The notes beneath the pieces are model-generated. The model did no database searches. It was not told where the DNA came from and was given only the letters and a program-made list of their open reading frames with translations. Positions 38,322 to 51,671 of a DNA stretch of 64,000 nucleotides are shown here, piece by piece. The translations under genes were made by a program, and so were the position numbers. Origin of the DNA: Octopus bimaculoides (taxonomy: Eukaryota); the NCBI RefSeq assembly GCF_001194135.2, contig NC_068984.1, positions 97,093,700 to 97,157,699 of the forward strand, written 5' to 3'. The stretch's first letter is position 1; each line of letters starts with the position of its first letter.

Positions 38322-39601
38322 CATTTTAATTCTGCCTCTAAAACATTGTAATGTACCAGAGTGGAGTGTAAAATAACAACAGCCCAATGAAGTGAATGTC
38401 ATCTTTTCAAATACTCTCTCTAAAATATTATTATACTGCACTTGTTAGGAAAATAGCCTACATTGCACCTTGAATGTTTCAGTTTAACCTACATATAATA
38501 GATTATACAATATTCCCAATTACAGTTGTGTGAACAGTGGTACTGGAGAATGGAGTGACAATACTGTAAAGTGGAGTGATGACACAGGAGTGGAACGATG
38601 GTGTTGGAGTGTCAGGTGATGATACAATAATGTTGTGTGATGGCATTGAAGAGAGGAATGATAGTATTGTAGTATAGTGTGGATATCGGTACTTGACAAA
38701 AGCTCAAATCACCTTCAACGACTAAGAAAATATACTAATTCTGCCCTTTCACAAGTGCATAGTTACTATGACAAAACAGTAGAGGGCAGCATATATTGAG
38801 CAGACCTATTATCCAAAGTATTCCAGCTGTGACCACCTCATCTTGCTTTTAGATATGGTGTATAGAAGACTACATGAAACGATGTATTCTTTATCTATAC
38901 ATTTTTATAAGATGATAGGATGTAGTTTGAACGTATACCAGGTCAAGTAATGCGTACTAAAATCTTTTAGAAGTAAACTAGGGGAAATAACTTAGTTAAG
39001 TTGTAGAAGACTTGAAAAACAATGTATTTTTGATTTACTCTTTCACGCGTTTCAAGCATTTGACTGTGGCCATGCTGGAGCATCGCCTTTATTCAAAGAA
39101 ATCGACCCCAGAACTTATTCTTTGTAAGCCTAGTACTTATTCTATCGGTCTCTTTTGCCGAACCGCTAAGTTTCGGGGACATAAACACACCAACATCGGT
39201 TGTCAAGCGATAGTGGGGGAGACAAACACAGACACAAAAAGACACACAAACATATACATATATACATACACGACGGGCTTCTTTCAGTTTCCGTTTACCA
39301 AATCCACTCACAAAGCTTTGGTAGACCCGAGGCTATAGTAGAAGACACTTGCCCAAGGTTGCACACAGAGGGATTGAACCCGGAACCATGTGGTTGCAAA
39401 GCAAGCTTTCTTACCACACGCCTATATATTTTTTTAAGATGGTAGGCTGTGTAATTTGAAGGTTACTGTTTATACTAGGTCAAACAACTACGTATGACTG
39501 AAATCTGTTAAAAGGAAACTAAGGGAAATAACTTAGTAGCTAAGGAAATAACTCTTGATGATGTAGTGGACATTTTACTTGAAGTAATGTTTCCTCTAAG
39601 C

Positions 39602-40937
39602 CTTTGGTTCTTAAACTGGGGTCCGCGAAGCGGTCGCCAATTTTCAGAGTTTCAATGTTCAAAACGCTAGGTTTTCCAGTTTCAGCTAAAACTGGAACCA
39701 TTGAACATGCACGCACTACACAGAATCCCTAATTTATGTTTAAAAAAACCTTACAGATAGAATGCATTCGAGGCGATGCGCACAGGGCGTACACGCACGT
39801 ACTTGAATGTAGGAGTTCCTCTGCGGCTTTATCGATTGATGCGGGAGTATGGGCGCAACAAGTCAAAACAGGATTGAAAATTGGCGGTGTACCAGCTCAG
39901 AATATACCCCTGCCTAGACTATACCCGGGACAAGTCTGGATGAATCCAGTCTATACCCACTCCAGACAACCAGGCCAGAATATACCCCATGCTTGCAGAC
40001 AAATAACACAGATGTACCTTACTTATAAAATTTGATATCACTCAATGAAGAATTAAAAGTTACATGTAAATTTCAGTATAAAGATAGCAATTTAGAATTA
40101 TCAAATGCAAAATACTTTAAAATGTACAAATATAAATCCAACACGAATGGCCACATTTGCATGAGTCTAAGCTATGACTCATAGTACAGATGCGCTGCAC
40201 AGCATGCGCGAGTCATCAATTTTTATTTCCAATCTACCTATACGTTGGGTTTATATTGGTACATTGAATATTTGCATTTGATAATTCTAAATTGCTATGT
40301 TTAAATCGAAATTTACATGTAACTTTTAATTCTTCAATTGATATCAAACTTTATATATGTTCTGAGGCAACTTTTATAAGTGGGGGTACATCTGTGTTAT
40401 TTGTCCACAAGCATGGGGTATAGTCTGGACAGGAGTATATTCTGGGCTGGCTGTCTGGAGGGGGTATAGTTTGGGCTAACCCAGACTAGCCCCGGGTATA
40501 GTCTGAGTTGTTACAGCAGCCGTAACAGTGGCTCATTGATGACATAGTCCGCAAGAGTGGTTTATGAGGAAGTTGCAATTTGTTTCCACCATCACACATT
40601 TACGAACGCCTATATTTTCGACAAATTTATCATCATAAGTTCATTCTTAATTTTACTTTTTATATCTGTATTAAGCATCAATAAGTAGAGACCTAATAAG
40701 CCAATAAAAAGACAAGCTAGTAGCACTGTCAGAATTAAGACGTTCATTCTACATAAAGTACCTAGCGACTTTTAGTTGAACTTTTTTAAAGTAGGTACAA
40801 GGCATTACAATGGTAAAAAATTTGACCCAAGCCCAACTGAATGATAAAAATGAGGACATTGAAGTAAAACAAAATTAACCAGTTTTGAAGTAACTTCTGC
40901 ATGAATAAGGACTTACCATGCTTTGAAAAATATCTTT

Positions 40938-40972
<35 letters not shown>

Positions 40973-43382
40973 ATGTATATATATTATATATATATTTATA
41001 CTAAAGCACCATTCGAGCATGATCGTTACCAGCGTCGCCTTACTGGCACATGAAAAAATATTCAAGCAAGGTTGTTGTCAGTGCTGCGGGACTGGCTTCT
41101 GTGCAGGTGGCATGTAAAAACACCATTTGAACGTGGCTGTTGCCAGTACTACCTGACTGGCCCTCATGCCAGTGCCACATAAAAGCACCCACTACACTCT
41201 CAGAGTGGTTGGCGCTAGGAAGAGCATCCAGATCAGATTGGAGCCTGGTGCAGCCATCTGCTTCACCAGTCCTCAGTCAAATCGTTCAACCCATGACAGC
41301 ATGGAAAGTGGACGTTAAGCGATGATGATGATGATGACTGATAGAAGTAACAGAGCAAAATAGTACAAAATTCTGTGCATTTACACACAACATTTATATA
41401 GTTATTATATCTATTTGTAGAATGCCTTTTACAAAGAAAGGAAATATGATGAATCATATTTGAGCTTCGGTTTCACTGTGCTTACTGCTGGTGGAGTAGA
41501 AAAACCACAGTGTGTTCTGTGCTCTGCTGAGGTATTGGCAGCTTCTTCGCTGAAACCCAGCTGGCTAAAGAGGCATTCAGAAATGAAACATCCCAGTGCA
41601 GTCAACAAAGACATGGAATTTTTCAGACACCAAACTGACAGATTGGTCAAATCCAAGCTTGATGACATAGGAATGTGTATGCAGGACATTGCAGCTTGTC
41701 TGAAAGCCTCCTTCGAGGTTTCAATGAAAATTGCTGCTGCAAAAAAACCTCATAAGATTGTAGAGCTGTTAGTTCTTCCTTGCTGCAAAGATATAATCTC
41801 GCTCATGCTCAGAACATCCAAACTACAGAAGCTTAAACATGTTTCACTTTCCAACAACACCATCAGTCAACAAATCGCTGTGATGTCTGATAATATTGTG
41901 TCTCAGGCCATCTCAAATATAAAAACATCAATGTTTAACTATGTCGCCATCCAAATTGATGAAACCACTGACGTGGAAGATTTAGCACAACTTTGTGCTA
42001 ATTTACATGCATAACAAACGCCTGCAAGATGAATTCCTTTTTGCGAAACCCTCAACACCCAAACCACTGCAAACAATATATTCCAGAAAATGGATCAATT
42101 CTTTAATATGCATGGCATAAACTGGGAGCATACTGTTAATATGTGCACAACAGTGATCCAGCAATGCTTGGTTGCCGCTCTGGCTTTCAGACAATGGTGA
42201 AGGAGAAATTTCCTAATGCAAGTGATACACATTGTACCAAGCATTGATGGTTAAAATAATGCCCGACCATTTGAAGAATGTTTTGAATGATGTGGTCAAA
42301 GAGGTAAATTTTATCAAAGCTAATTCTCTAAACTCGCATCATTTTGCTGACTTGTGCAAGGACAATGGCTCCGATTTTGAAATGCTTTTATTGTACTCTT
42401 CGAAACACTTTTACTGAGGTGGTAATCTGAGGGGAGAGTACTGAAAAGAGTCTTCATTCTACGAAAGGAGATACACGAATTTCTTTGTGATGCTAAAAAA
42501 GAACTGCACAGACAATTCTCCAGTACTCGGTTCCTTATATGTCTCTCCTTCAACATTTTTGAATCAGTTAATTCTGTTAACTTAGTACTACAAGGAAAAG
42601 ACATCACTGTTATCCACTATCTTGAAAAAAATGACTGCATTTAAAATGAAGCTCCATTTGTGGCATTCTAAATTGGAATGTGAGAATTTAACACCATTTC
42701 TGAACCTCAATACTTTCCTTGATGAAGATGGCCTTCAAATTGTTGCTGACATCCTTGACATCATGAAACAGCATGTCTTAATTCTTCACACTGAAATTCA
42801 AAGATACCACCCCAACCTACAAAAACTTCAAAGAAGTTTATCATTTCATCACCAATCCCTTTGCAGTGTCTGTTGTTGACCTTCTGTCAGAAGATTACGT
42901 CATTCAAGAACAGTTCATCGACTTTCTGAATGATGGAGGTGCAAAAGACACCTTCCATAACGTGTTGCAGTGAATTCTGGATTGAAATGACGCAGTCCTA
43001 TCCAGATGTCGTCAAATTGGCCTTCAAATTCATCATTCCATTTGCAATAACATGTGAATGTGAGATGGCTTTTGCAACTTTACTTGCAATTAAAACAAAG
43101 GCTTGCAATAAAATGGATGTTGCGCATGACATGAGGGTTACATTATCAAAAACGCAGCCTAATATTGAGGACATATTACAGATCCAACAAGTTCACCACT
43201 CTCACTGAAATTTTTTATTTTATCAGTAAAATTTTCTCATGAAAAATTATTTTACACAAGGTCACTTTGCTTTGTTCGTCTTCTCTAATTTTTTCATTTT
43301 GGGGTGGCGTAGTATGCGAAGCCTCAAAAAAATGGGAGGGGGTCTGTAGGACGAAAATTTTGAAAAAGTTTGGGAACCAAGG
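39602..43382 (+). mobile_element. hAT (Buster/Charlie-type) DNA transposon with both ends and TSD; transposase pseudogene about 41420-43208
   Basis: TIRs ctttggttcttaaac and gtttgggaaccaagg; perfect 8-bp TSD CTCTAAGC (39594-39601, 43383-43390) with central TA. Protein remnants include YDESYLSFGF...KPQCVLC...LKPSWLKRH, AIQIDETTDV and FAITCECEMAFATLLAIKTK...QVHHSH*, with several frameshifts and stops. Confidence 0.92.
39883..40521. mobile_element. Foldback/MITE-like element with about 270-bp imperfect inverted arms inside the hAT element
   Basis: 39883-40150 pairs with the reverse complement of 40245-40521; the arms contain repeated gactatacccc/gaatatacccc units. Confidence 0.7.
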
Positions 43383-43988
43383 CTCTAAGCTGTGTACTTG
43401 TGCATACACACACATCTTACAACTAACACACAATGGGAAAGATATGCATAACTTTGATAGGTTTCAGCCAGTATAGGCCCAGGCCATGTCTAACTTAATA
43501 GCACCTACAAGGTTTTTAAGATGAAATCAATTTTTTTAATCAAAGAAATTAATTACATTATAATGTATCTAAAACACACTTTAAAAAGGTGTGCTTTTGC
43601 TGAAGTAGTCAATATGGCATTTGAACAATGACTACTTGATTGGAAGAGTACATACTTTCCAAAGAAAGACAAAATTAGCATACAAGCACATTTCTGTGCA
43701 CACCTACAACAAAGATTAGAAGGAACACTGACCAAAATAAAGAATTTATTCATCAGAACTACAACTGAAATACATTTACAACTATACACCCCTGAAATTT
43801 AGTCCTCAGACAAACCATTCTTATGTATGTACATACAGATTTGAGAAATACTGGAAAATGGTCAACAGCAATGAAATCAGCATGACAGCTAACTACCATA
43901 CAATGTCACATCCAAATAAGAAAAAAGAAAAAATTTTGCAATAAGCACAAATTTTCTTGTGGAAATAATGAGCAAAAATAAAATTTAC

Positions 43989-44074
43989 CCTCAGTGGAAA
44001 GAATTGATCATTTCTGTCTCCAAGCCCAAGGTATCCTTGCTTGTTTTTTCCCCAGGTATAGAGGTCACCATGGT
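43989..44074 (-). CDS. RCC1L: RCC1L exon (phase 1-0)
   Basis: tacttttcag|...AGG|gtaaat; 86 nt reading (N)HGDLYTWGKNKQGYLGLGDRNDQFFPLR. Confidence 0.95.
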
Positions 44075-44126
44075 CTGAAAAGTACAAAGAAAAAAACATG
44101 GTTTCAACTTACACCATTTTCACATG

Positions 44127-44340
44127 AAGGTGCATGGCTCAGTGGTTAGAGCATCGGGCTCACAATCATGAGGTAGTGAGTTTGATTCCCAGGCCAAACT
44201 GAGAATAAAGACACTTTATTTCACTTTGCTCCAGTTCACTCAGCTGTAGAAATGGGTTGCGACATCACTGGTGCCAAGCTCTATCAGCCTTTGTTTTCCC
44301 CTTGGATAACATCAGTGGCATGGTGTAGGTCGGTATGCAT
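44127..44340 (+). mobile_element. tRNA-headed SINE (related copy at about 31905-32060)
   Basis: Reads tggctcagtggttagagcatcgggctcacaatcatgaggtagtgagtttgattcc, followed by aagacactttatttcac...gctccagttcactcagctg. Confidence 0.75.
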
Positions 44341-45229
44341 GAGTGACTGCTAGTCTTCCAGGAACTTTCTAGGTGCAATCCCATGATCATTCTTTACCCT
44401 TTCTGTTGTATAGCAGTTTCAAATCTAAACATAAACACTGCAATAAAGCTTTAAATAAGACACAATACTGTGTCATTGTAATGACTCATGCATAGGTCAT
44501 ATGTGCAAAGGTCAGTTCCTATACACCAAATAAGTACTACAAACAATCAAATCAAGGAAGTAGGTGCAAAATAGCAGCTTACTGTCTCAGTTTGAGTTGT
44601 AAAGGGTTGAGAAGTGGGATACTTTAAAATTAAGCCAGTCTTCTCAAAGGGTTGGTGTCAGGAAGGATATTCATTACCAACAAGAAATTCTGAATCAAAT
44701 CCTTCTGGCTTTATTTTCATTCGCTGTTATTCAGTATTGCGATAGCCCAACATTATGTTGAGATGATTTAGTCATCACAGATGACGTCTATACAGTGACT
44801 CTTTTGATGTGCCATTGATCCAAAAACCAAACGGATTTTACAACCATGTTGTTGTCAGTAAAGAGTTTTCCATATGACATTCTCTTTAATATTGCAATAA
44901 GCAAAGCAGCTTCTTTATTCAAATAAAGCAGTTTTGGTTGAGTTTTGTACTGTAGATTCTTCAAGCCCCAACACACTCATTTCAAGGATAAATTTCACCA
45001 ATAGACAGCAGTACATTTCTAATCATAAACACGGTATATATAAGAGATGCAGTGGTATTACAGGAGGTTAACAGAGAAAGTAGTCTTTGTGCATGGAATA
45101 CGCATAAATAAATACTAGAAATGTGCAGAAAATAGACCAATATCCAGGGGATCCTTAGAAGTAGTAGTTTCTGTTACCAAGCTGACCAAGTTAGCCAAGG
45201 AGGAGGAAGCTCTAAAAGAATAGTTGCTA

Positions 45230-46010
45230 GAATAAGAACAGGCTGGGCAAAGTTCAGAGAGCTGCTACCTTTGTTGGTAACAAAGGACCTCTCTCTCAGA
45301 GTGAAAGGCAGATTGTATGGTGCCAGTGTACGAACAGCTATGCTATACAGTAGTGAAACATGGGCTGTGACTACTGAGGTCATGCAAAGACTTGAAAGAA
45401 ATGAAACCAGCATGCTCTGCTGGATAGGTAATGTTAGTAAGCATGTATGACAGAGTGTAAAGGAAAAATTGGGTATGAGGCATCAGATGTAGTATGCAAG
45501 AGAGAAAACAGCACTGGTATAGTCATGTGATTTATATAGATGAGGACAGCTGCATCAAGAAGTGCTGATCTCTAACTGTGGAGGAAATATGTGGAAGGGG
45601 TAGATTCAGGAAGACATGGGACAAAGTGCTAAGAAAGGATCTTCAGATGCTAGGCCTCACTGAGGAGATGACAAATGACCAATACTTCTGGCAATTTGCT
45701 GTGCTTCAGAAGACACATTAAGCTAAGTAAAATCGTGGCCATCTATACATTCTCTGTCAGCCAAGAGTCTTTGTCCTGTGAAGTTGCAGATGCTGCTGCC
45801 CTGTAAAAGCACCCACACCAGTGCCATGTAGATAAGCACACGTTCAGGGTCACAAAAAAAGCACCTGTAAAACCATGTAAAGTTCACACTGGGCAGTTTG
45901 ATGGGAGTTAGCAAGTCAGACAACTGCACTAAGATTTATTATCGGCTTTAGCATGGTTTCTATGGTTGGATGCCCTTCTAAACACCAATCACTTTACAGA
46001 GGGAACTGGG
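45230..46010 (+). mobile_element. Degenerate RTE LINE 3' part
   Basis: Reads KFRELLPLLVTKDLSLRVKGRLYGASVRTAMLYSSETWAV, followed by a decayed 3' UTR of the 12884-13900 family. A similar decayed copy lies on - at about 56390-56720. Confidence 0.75.
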
Positions 46011-47712
46011 TACTTTTCATGTAGATTGTACACCAGTGGGGTCACTGAGTAACTTACAAGACAAAGACCTCTCAACTGTGAAAGGGGGTAGTAAGGGAGG
46101 TGGCTTTTTGTGCCAGTTGATGAGAGGTTGAATATAATAGAGGGATAGAGATAGGTGTTTTGCTGTTGAGGAGATACAGGGCAACTCCAGTTGGAAAAAA
46201 AGGGAAAAAGAGAGTTAGAGAGAAAGATAGGGACAGAGAGAGAGAGTTGGTGGTGGTGATGTACCGGGACACACCCTCAAGGTACATCGTTGGGGTGAAT
46301 ATAAGTGAAGTGATTCAGAGGATTGGACAGAGTGAGTGGGCGAGGGGGGATAGAGGAGAAGTTTCATAAGAGTGTGTGGAGAGATGTGGTAGAGGTAACT
46401 GTAACAAGTGATGGTGAGAGTGAGAGATAAAGGAGCAGCTCAGTAGAGATATGGTAGATATGTGAGGGTATTGAAAGTCAAAGCAGATAAGAGAGATGTT
46501 GAGGATGGAGTTTTGTAGAGGAAAGAGAACAATGGCTGGAGACACAGAAAGGAAGGGACAGCTGGAAACAGTGGCCAGGGAAACTAATGTGAAATGGAAG
46601 TGGTTTGGTGGTTGGGGTGGGTGGGGGTATGTAGCATGGCCCTATTCCGTTCTCAGGTGATTACAGTAGCTGAGTAGTATCATAGAAAGAGAAGTGGTGA
46701 GTACTAAAGGATAGAATGTGGGGGATGTGCTTCATGGGGCAGAGAGTGTTGAGGTGGGGCACAGCCCTGCAAGTACATTCTCATAAGTCTATATATCCTT
46801 TCAGATATGTATTCTTATAGAGTCTTTTTCTTGTTATGATTTAGTCAAAAGATGAAAAGCAGCAGTACCCGTTACCTTCCTTGGGACCTCCAGGAGTGGT
46901 CAGAGAAAGAATGAAGTTACATCACACAAGAGATCTGACCTGAATACTTGTGTAACATAGTGGATTCCACCCAAGGGCCAAGACTCATGATAAACAGGTG
47001 ACAGGTAAAGTCTACCACCCTTCAAAGAAAATGGTTCCTCTTATAGGCTTCCACACAAGTTTCCATCTACCAAACCTCACTTACAACTTGATGCTACAAT
47101 AGCAAGTTGACTATAGTCAAGTTGCTACTCTATGAACAGCAGAATTGGTTAGGGTTTGTAGAAGTTCACAGAATTTGCCCAAGCAGACTAAACTCCCAAT
47201 GTAAAGACACCAGTACAACTAACAAACAGACAGACAGAAAATCAGCTAACCTCTTCAATACATCTGTCAATAAAGGCAATGTTAAATAATGAGAATCTAT
47301 TATAGACAAATAGAATACCAGTACTATAGATATCTAATATGTCTGTACTACAGACACATAGTGTATGTTAGTACTACAGATATACAGTACATCAATACTA
47401 CAGGTATAATATATTTGTACCATAGACATTTAGTGCCAGTACTACAGTCATTTAGTCATAAAGTTAAAAAAGAAAAAATGTTTTTAAAAACTCTCAGAGA
47501 AAATTTTTTTCTTAATATATAGACAATATCTATGACAGTATTATAATTATTTACTATATGTGTGCTATAGACATCACTAAAGACATTTTTGTTATTAGTT
47601 TGGTCCAGAGGAAAAGGTTCAAAACTTAACCTTCACTGACTTTGTGATACTTCTGAGATGGACATGGTTAATGTTGTCTTGAAAGCAAGGCAGAGAAAAA
47701 CATTGTACTTAC

Positions 47713-47886
47713 TGGTAAGAGCAGCAAAATGGTAAATTCCACATTTGAGGGAAACAACAGTCTTAGCAGGATCAAGTTCATTAGCACCAAACAATGGAGT
47801 AGGAAGTTTGGTAGGTACTGTAGAAGACTGGACTTTAGGACCTCGTCCTAATATACCAAAACCCCACGTGAAAACTTCACCAGAGG
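47713..47886 (-). CDS. RCC1L: RCC1L exon (phase 1-1)
   Basis: gtacctaaag|...A|gtaagt; 174 nt reading (A)SGEVFTWGFGILGRGPKVQSSTVPTKLPTPLFGANELDPAKTVVSLKCGIYHFAALT. Confidence 0.95.
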
Positions 47887-49057
47887 CTTTAGGTACAAAA
47901 AGAAAATAACAGAAATTTTTTTTAATGTTAAAAAAACAAATGAAAATGTACAAAGCTAAATAATTACAAAATATTTAATTAGGACTTAGAGTGAGCCTAA
48001 ATTTCATCCAGATGGCTGAAGTGAGTAATAATGCATATGGAAGAGGAAAACAGATGAAGGATGAAGGGAGATGTCTGATCTCAGAATGCTGAGACCTCAC
48101 AAAAAATAATGAAGAACCCAAACATCTGGAGAGATACTGTATTGAAACAGATTTGTCTAATCAATGCACATGAGAAGTAGTGGGCATAAATATGCTATAA
48201 TAATGATTATGAGATTGTCAACTGTTTAAATTGATAGATGGCAGAATACCAGCTGATAGGTCTGTAGCTTGTATTTCTTCATACACACACACTACACTGA
48301 TCTGTTTTAGATACACTACAGTGACCAGCCCAAGATACACACTACAGTGGAGCTCCTACAACCCTATTGGTTATGGGTTTCAACATCATTGAGGTGTTAA
48401 AGGGGGAGTGCTGTGAAATAGAGGGAAGAACTTGTCATAGATAAGAAAAAAAATTAAGGGTGCTCAGAACAGTGAGCAAGAACATCTCACAATATCATTT
48501 AAATCAAAAGGTGACATACTGCATGTTGCATACACAAATTCATTGAAATTTCATATTTAGTTGGAGAAGTCAAAAACTTAACGTTAATTGAAACACAAAG
48601 AGAAGGGCAGATAACTTAAGAAATTCTTAAATTATCTCTGTTTTATTTTGAGTTAGTTTTTATTCGGTCATTTTCTTCCTGAAAATGTGAAATTTGAGTG
48701 AGAATTTTTTTTACATACTGTGGTATGAGGGAAAAAGTGTAGATACATCGACCTTTATCATCATCTAATTCATGCCATTAGTTCATCTGAGTCCTTAAAT
48801 GAATTTTAATTAAGTAATCTCATACGAAATTACAATATTGATGCAGTAAATAAAAGTGAGCTGGAAGGAGCGAACTGAGGATAGGAGATTGGCAGTGTGA
48901 GATAAGCTGAGAGGAGATTGGTGGCAGGAAAGAAATTGGGAAGAGGAGGTTGGTGGTAGGAGAGAAGTTGAGGGTGGAAGGTTGGTAGTAGGAGGAAAGT
49001 TGAGGATGGGAAGTTGGTGGTAGGAAGGAAACTGAGGGTGGGATGAGAGATAATTAA

Positions 49058-49150
49058 ATAAGACACATGAGATCAATGGAATAAGGCACAAGAGATCAAT
49101 GGAATAAGACCCATGAGATCAATGGAATAAGACACAAGAGATCAATGGAA
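49058..49150. repeat. 23-bp minisatellite x4
   Basis: ataagacacatgagatcaatgga repeated with a few substitutions. Confidence 0.9.
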
Positions 49151-49449
49151 AGAAATTAATCTTTGTGATTTACCCAAGTTCCAGTACATAGGATACTATC
49201 TTTTATTATTCTTGCAGTCCTGGTAGCAAATGTAGCAATAAAGATCTGCTCATTTAAGACAAGATAGTTTCATTATAGGATGTTGACATGATTGTTAGGT
49301 TTGGAATATCCTATTCAATAGATTTATTACAAACAGCTTCAATAATAAATAAAAAATTTAAACAATATATGTACAACTGAAAAAAGTATAAAGGGAAGGC
49401 CTAAATGATGTGGTTGACCATAGTGAAATATTAAACTCATCGATTAAAG

Positions 49450-49708
49450 CAGTGATTCTTAACTGGGGTCCATATGGGCACCCCAGGGGCCATATGGATT
49501 TTGTTGTTAAAATTTATCTCCAATAAATTGATTATACTTCTAAAATATGCAAATTATTTTAATAATTATTTTTATACAATTCCTAATAATATTTTAACAT
49601 AAAAATATAATAATAGGATTTTTTAACATCGAATGCTAGGAGGGTCCACCCAAGTAAAATAAGAATCAAAGGCGTCCATAGATAAAAAAAAATGGCTGAG
49701 AAACACTG
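49450..49708. mobile_element. hAT-like MITE
   Basis: Ends cagtgattcttaac / gctgagaaacactg resemble Charlie-type TIRs. No matching 8-bp TSD was seen. Confidence 0.5.
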
Positions 49709-49794
49709 AAAGCAAAGAATTTATGAAGATTCATAAAAACCCATCCGCAATTAACACCAATCAGCAAACACTATTATATAAGATGTCCTCTTAC

Positions 49795-49956
49795 CATTCA
49801 GAAACCCACAGATTGATCCACCAGATGCCACTTGGGTGATTTTGCCCAAAGATGCTGATAGTTTAAAATGCTTTGGTGTATGCACCTGGGTGTGATCAGT
49901 AATCAATGCTAACTGGTTGTACTCAGAGTTGCCCCAGCCAAATAGATTTCCTTCAT
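49795..49956 (-). CDS. RCC1L: RCC1L exon (phase 1-1)
   Basis: tttcttttcag|...G|gtaaga; 162 nt reading (D)EGNLFGWGNSEYNQLALITDHTQVHTPKHFKLSASLGKITQVASGGSICGFLN. Confidence 0.95.
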
Positions 49957-49998
49957 CTGAAAAGAAAAAAGAGAAATAATAACAAGAAATATATTTAA

Positions 49999-50212
49999 CT
50001 CTTTAGCATTCAGATTACTTTGTCAAGTGTAATACTTAGTCACATTTTATAAAATTAATCCTGTATTATCTCACTGCTTTGAGATTTTGAAGGTGATTGT
50101 TTGTTTTTAGAATGACATTGCAGGGTAGGTGTGAGAGGTTGGATCTGGCTTATGTGAACATAAATCAAGTAGAATATTTGGGCCAGATATGGCTGGTTTA
50201 AATGCTAAAGAG
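49999..50212. mobile_element. piggyBac-type MITE
   Basis: TTAA at 49995-98 and 50213-16 flank the perfect inverted ends ctctttagcatt / aatgctaaagag. Confidence 0.8.
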
Positions 50213-50462
50213 TTAAGACAAGAAGCAATTATACGTATTGGTTAATTGTTCAAGTTACAAGACTAAAAATGTTTCTATATAGCAATTTTAACAATCTTAG
50301 TCACAGTTTTTTCAACTCATAAACTTTGTTTCATTTAATCAATAATTTAAATGTTATAAAACAGACTACATTGTCACCACTTTACATCATAGACTATTAA
50401 TTACAAGCTAATACACACTTCCCAGAATAATAAAGATATACAGCTGCTGTATATTGTAGCAT

Positions 50463-50745
50463 TGTCTACCTCACAATGCTAGGACAATCTCCAGAATAAT
50501 AAGGGCACATAACCACCCAGAGTACACTTACCTGACAAAACTAGAGCAGTCTATAGACAATGAGTATGCAGCCACTCTGGGTACACCACCCTGACAATGC
50601 TAGGACACAATCTCCACAACAATAAAGTACATAGCTACCCTAGACACACCTACCTGACAATACCTAGATAGTCTCCAGAACAATAAGAGTACACAACCAC
50701 ACTGGGCACACTTACCTGATAAAGCTAGGACACAATCTCCAGAAC
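50463..50745. repeat. Degenerate ~62-bp tandem repeat spanning an RCC1L exon-intron junction
   Basis: Unit acttacctgayaatgctaggacacaatctccagaacaataagagtacacaaccac...gggcac in about 4.5 copies; the last copy is the real exon end. Confidence 0.8.
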
Positions 50746-50826
50746 ATGCTATCTGCTTGATGTTGACACCTTCAATATCACCTTTCACTTGTGTTGCTTG
50801 TGACACATTCTTGTAATGACCCAAGC
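50716..50826 (-). CDS. RCC1L: RCC1L exon (phase 1-1)
   Basis: gtctttag|...G|gtaagt; 111 nt reading (G)LGHYKNVSQATQVKGDIEGVNIKQIACSGDCVLALS. Confidence 0.95.
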
Positions 50827-51586
50827 CTAAAGACAAACAGAAACAGACAAGAGATTTCTAAAATATATGTCTATAGTGTTAGCAGTGGTACTTCCAGCAG
50901 TTATAAGCTAAAGTATTTGTGATGATAATTGTAGGTTTTATTGTAACTGTATGGTACTGATAACTAAAATTATGGTAACTGTATATGTGTAATAATGGTG
51001 GTGGTAGTGGTGACTATAGGTGTTTGGTATCAATTACCATGGTGGTGTTTTGTGTTTGAATTGTGAGTATAGCAAATTTTTGCTTATAGCATCCACTGAG
51101 GAAATTGTATAATTTATGTATGTCAGAAATATAAAGACATAGAGTAGTGATGGTCTATAGTGATTGGATGGGATAGAGATTCCTTGCAGTAGGTAGATAA
51201 AAGAGTGTGCGATACAGATGACCAAATGTGGATGGAGGGAACAATATGAGATACAGATGACCTACATAGCCTGGATGACTGCCAAAACATCTGGTTTATC
51301 CACCTATTGCTAACCACTCAACTATAAATTAGACAAGTTTTACCAGTTGCTAACATAGCAGGGAGACAACACAGCTATTTTCTATCATGAGTTTACAATG
51401 TACACAGGTCTCTTTCCCACCTCCTGATGTGTCATCTTTTTTATATACTTTGCTTTAAATTTAACTACATCATATCTTCCATACATCTGTACTTTATGAA
51501 TATATTGTGTTTATATACAAAGATAGATCTGAAAAACATAAATCATATAAATAATTTATATAAATGTAAATATCCTGTATAGTTAC

Positions 51587-51671
51587 CTGTCTGTCCATCT
51601 GAGCTTAAGCCACAGCTGTATACCTCTCCAGACTGTGTCAAAAAGAATGTGTGGTCTTGACCACAAACAAC
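51587..51671 (-). CDS. RCC1L: RCC1L exon (phase 0-1)
   Basis: cattttag|...G|gtaact; 85 nt reading VVCGQDHTFFLTQSGEVYSCGLSSDGQT, an RCC1 repeat (CGxDH...GEVYSCG). Confidence 0.95.

Noticed and set aside
49058-49150. CRISPR-like regular repeat
   Set aside because: Head-to-tail tandem units with no unique spacers, in a eukaryotic intron; a minisatellite.
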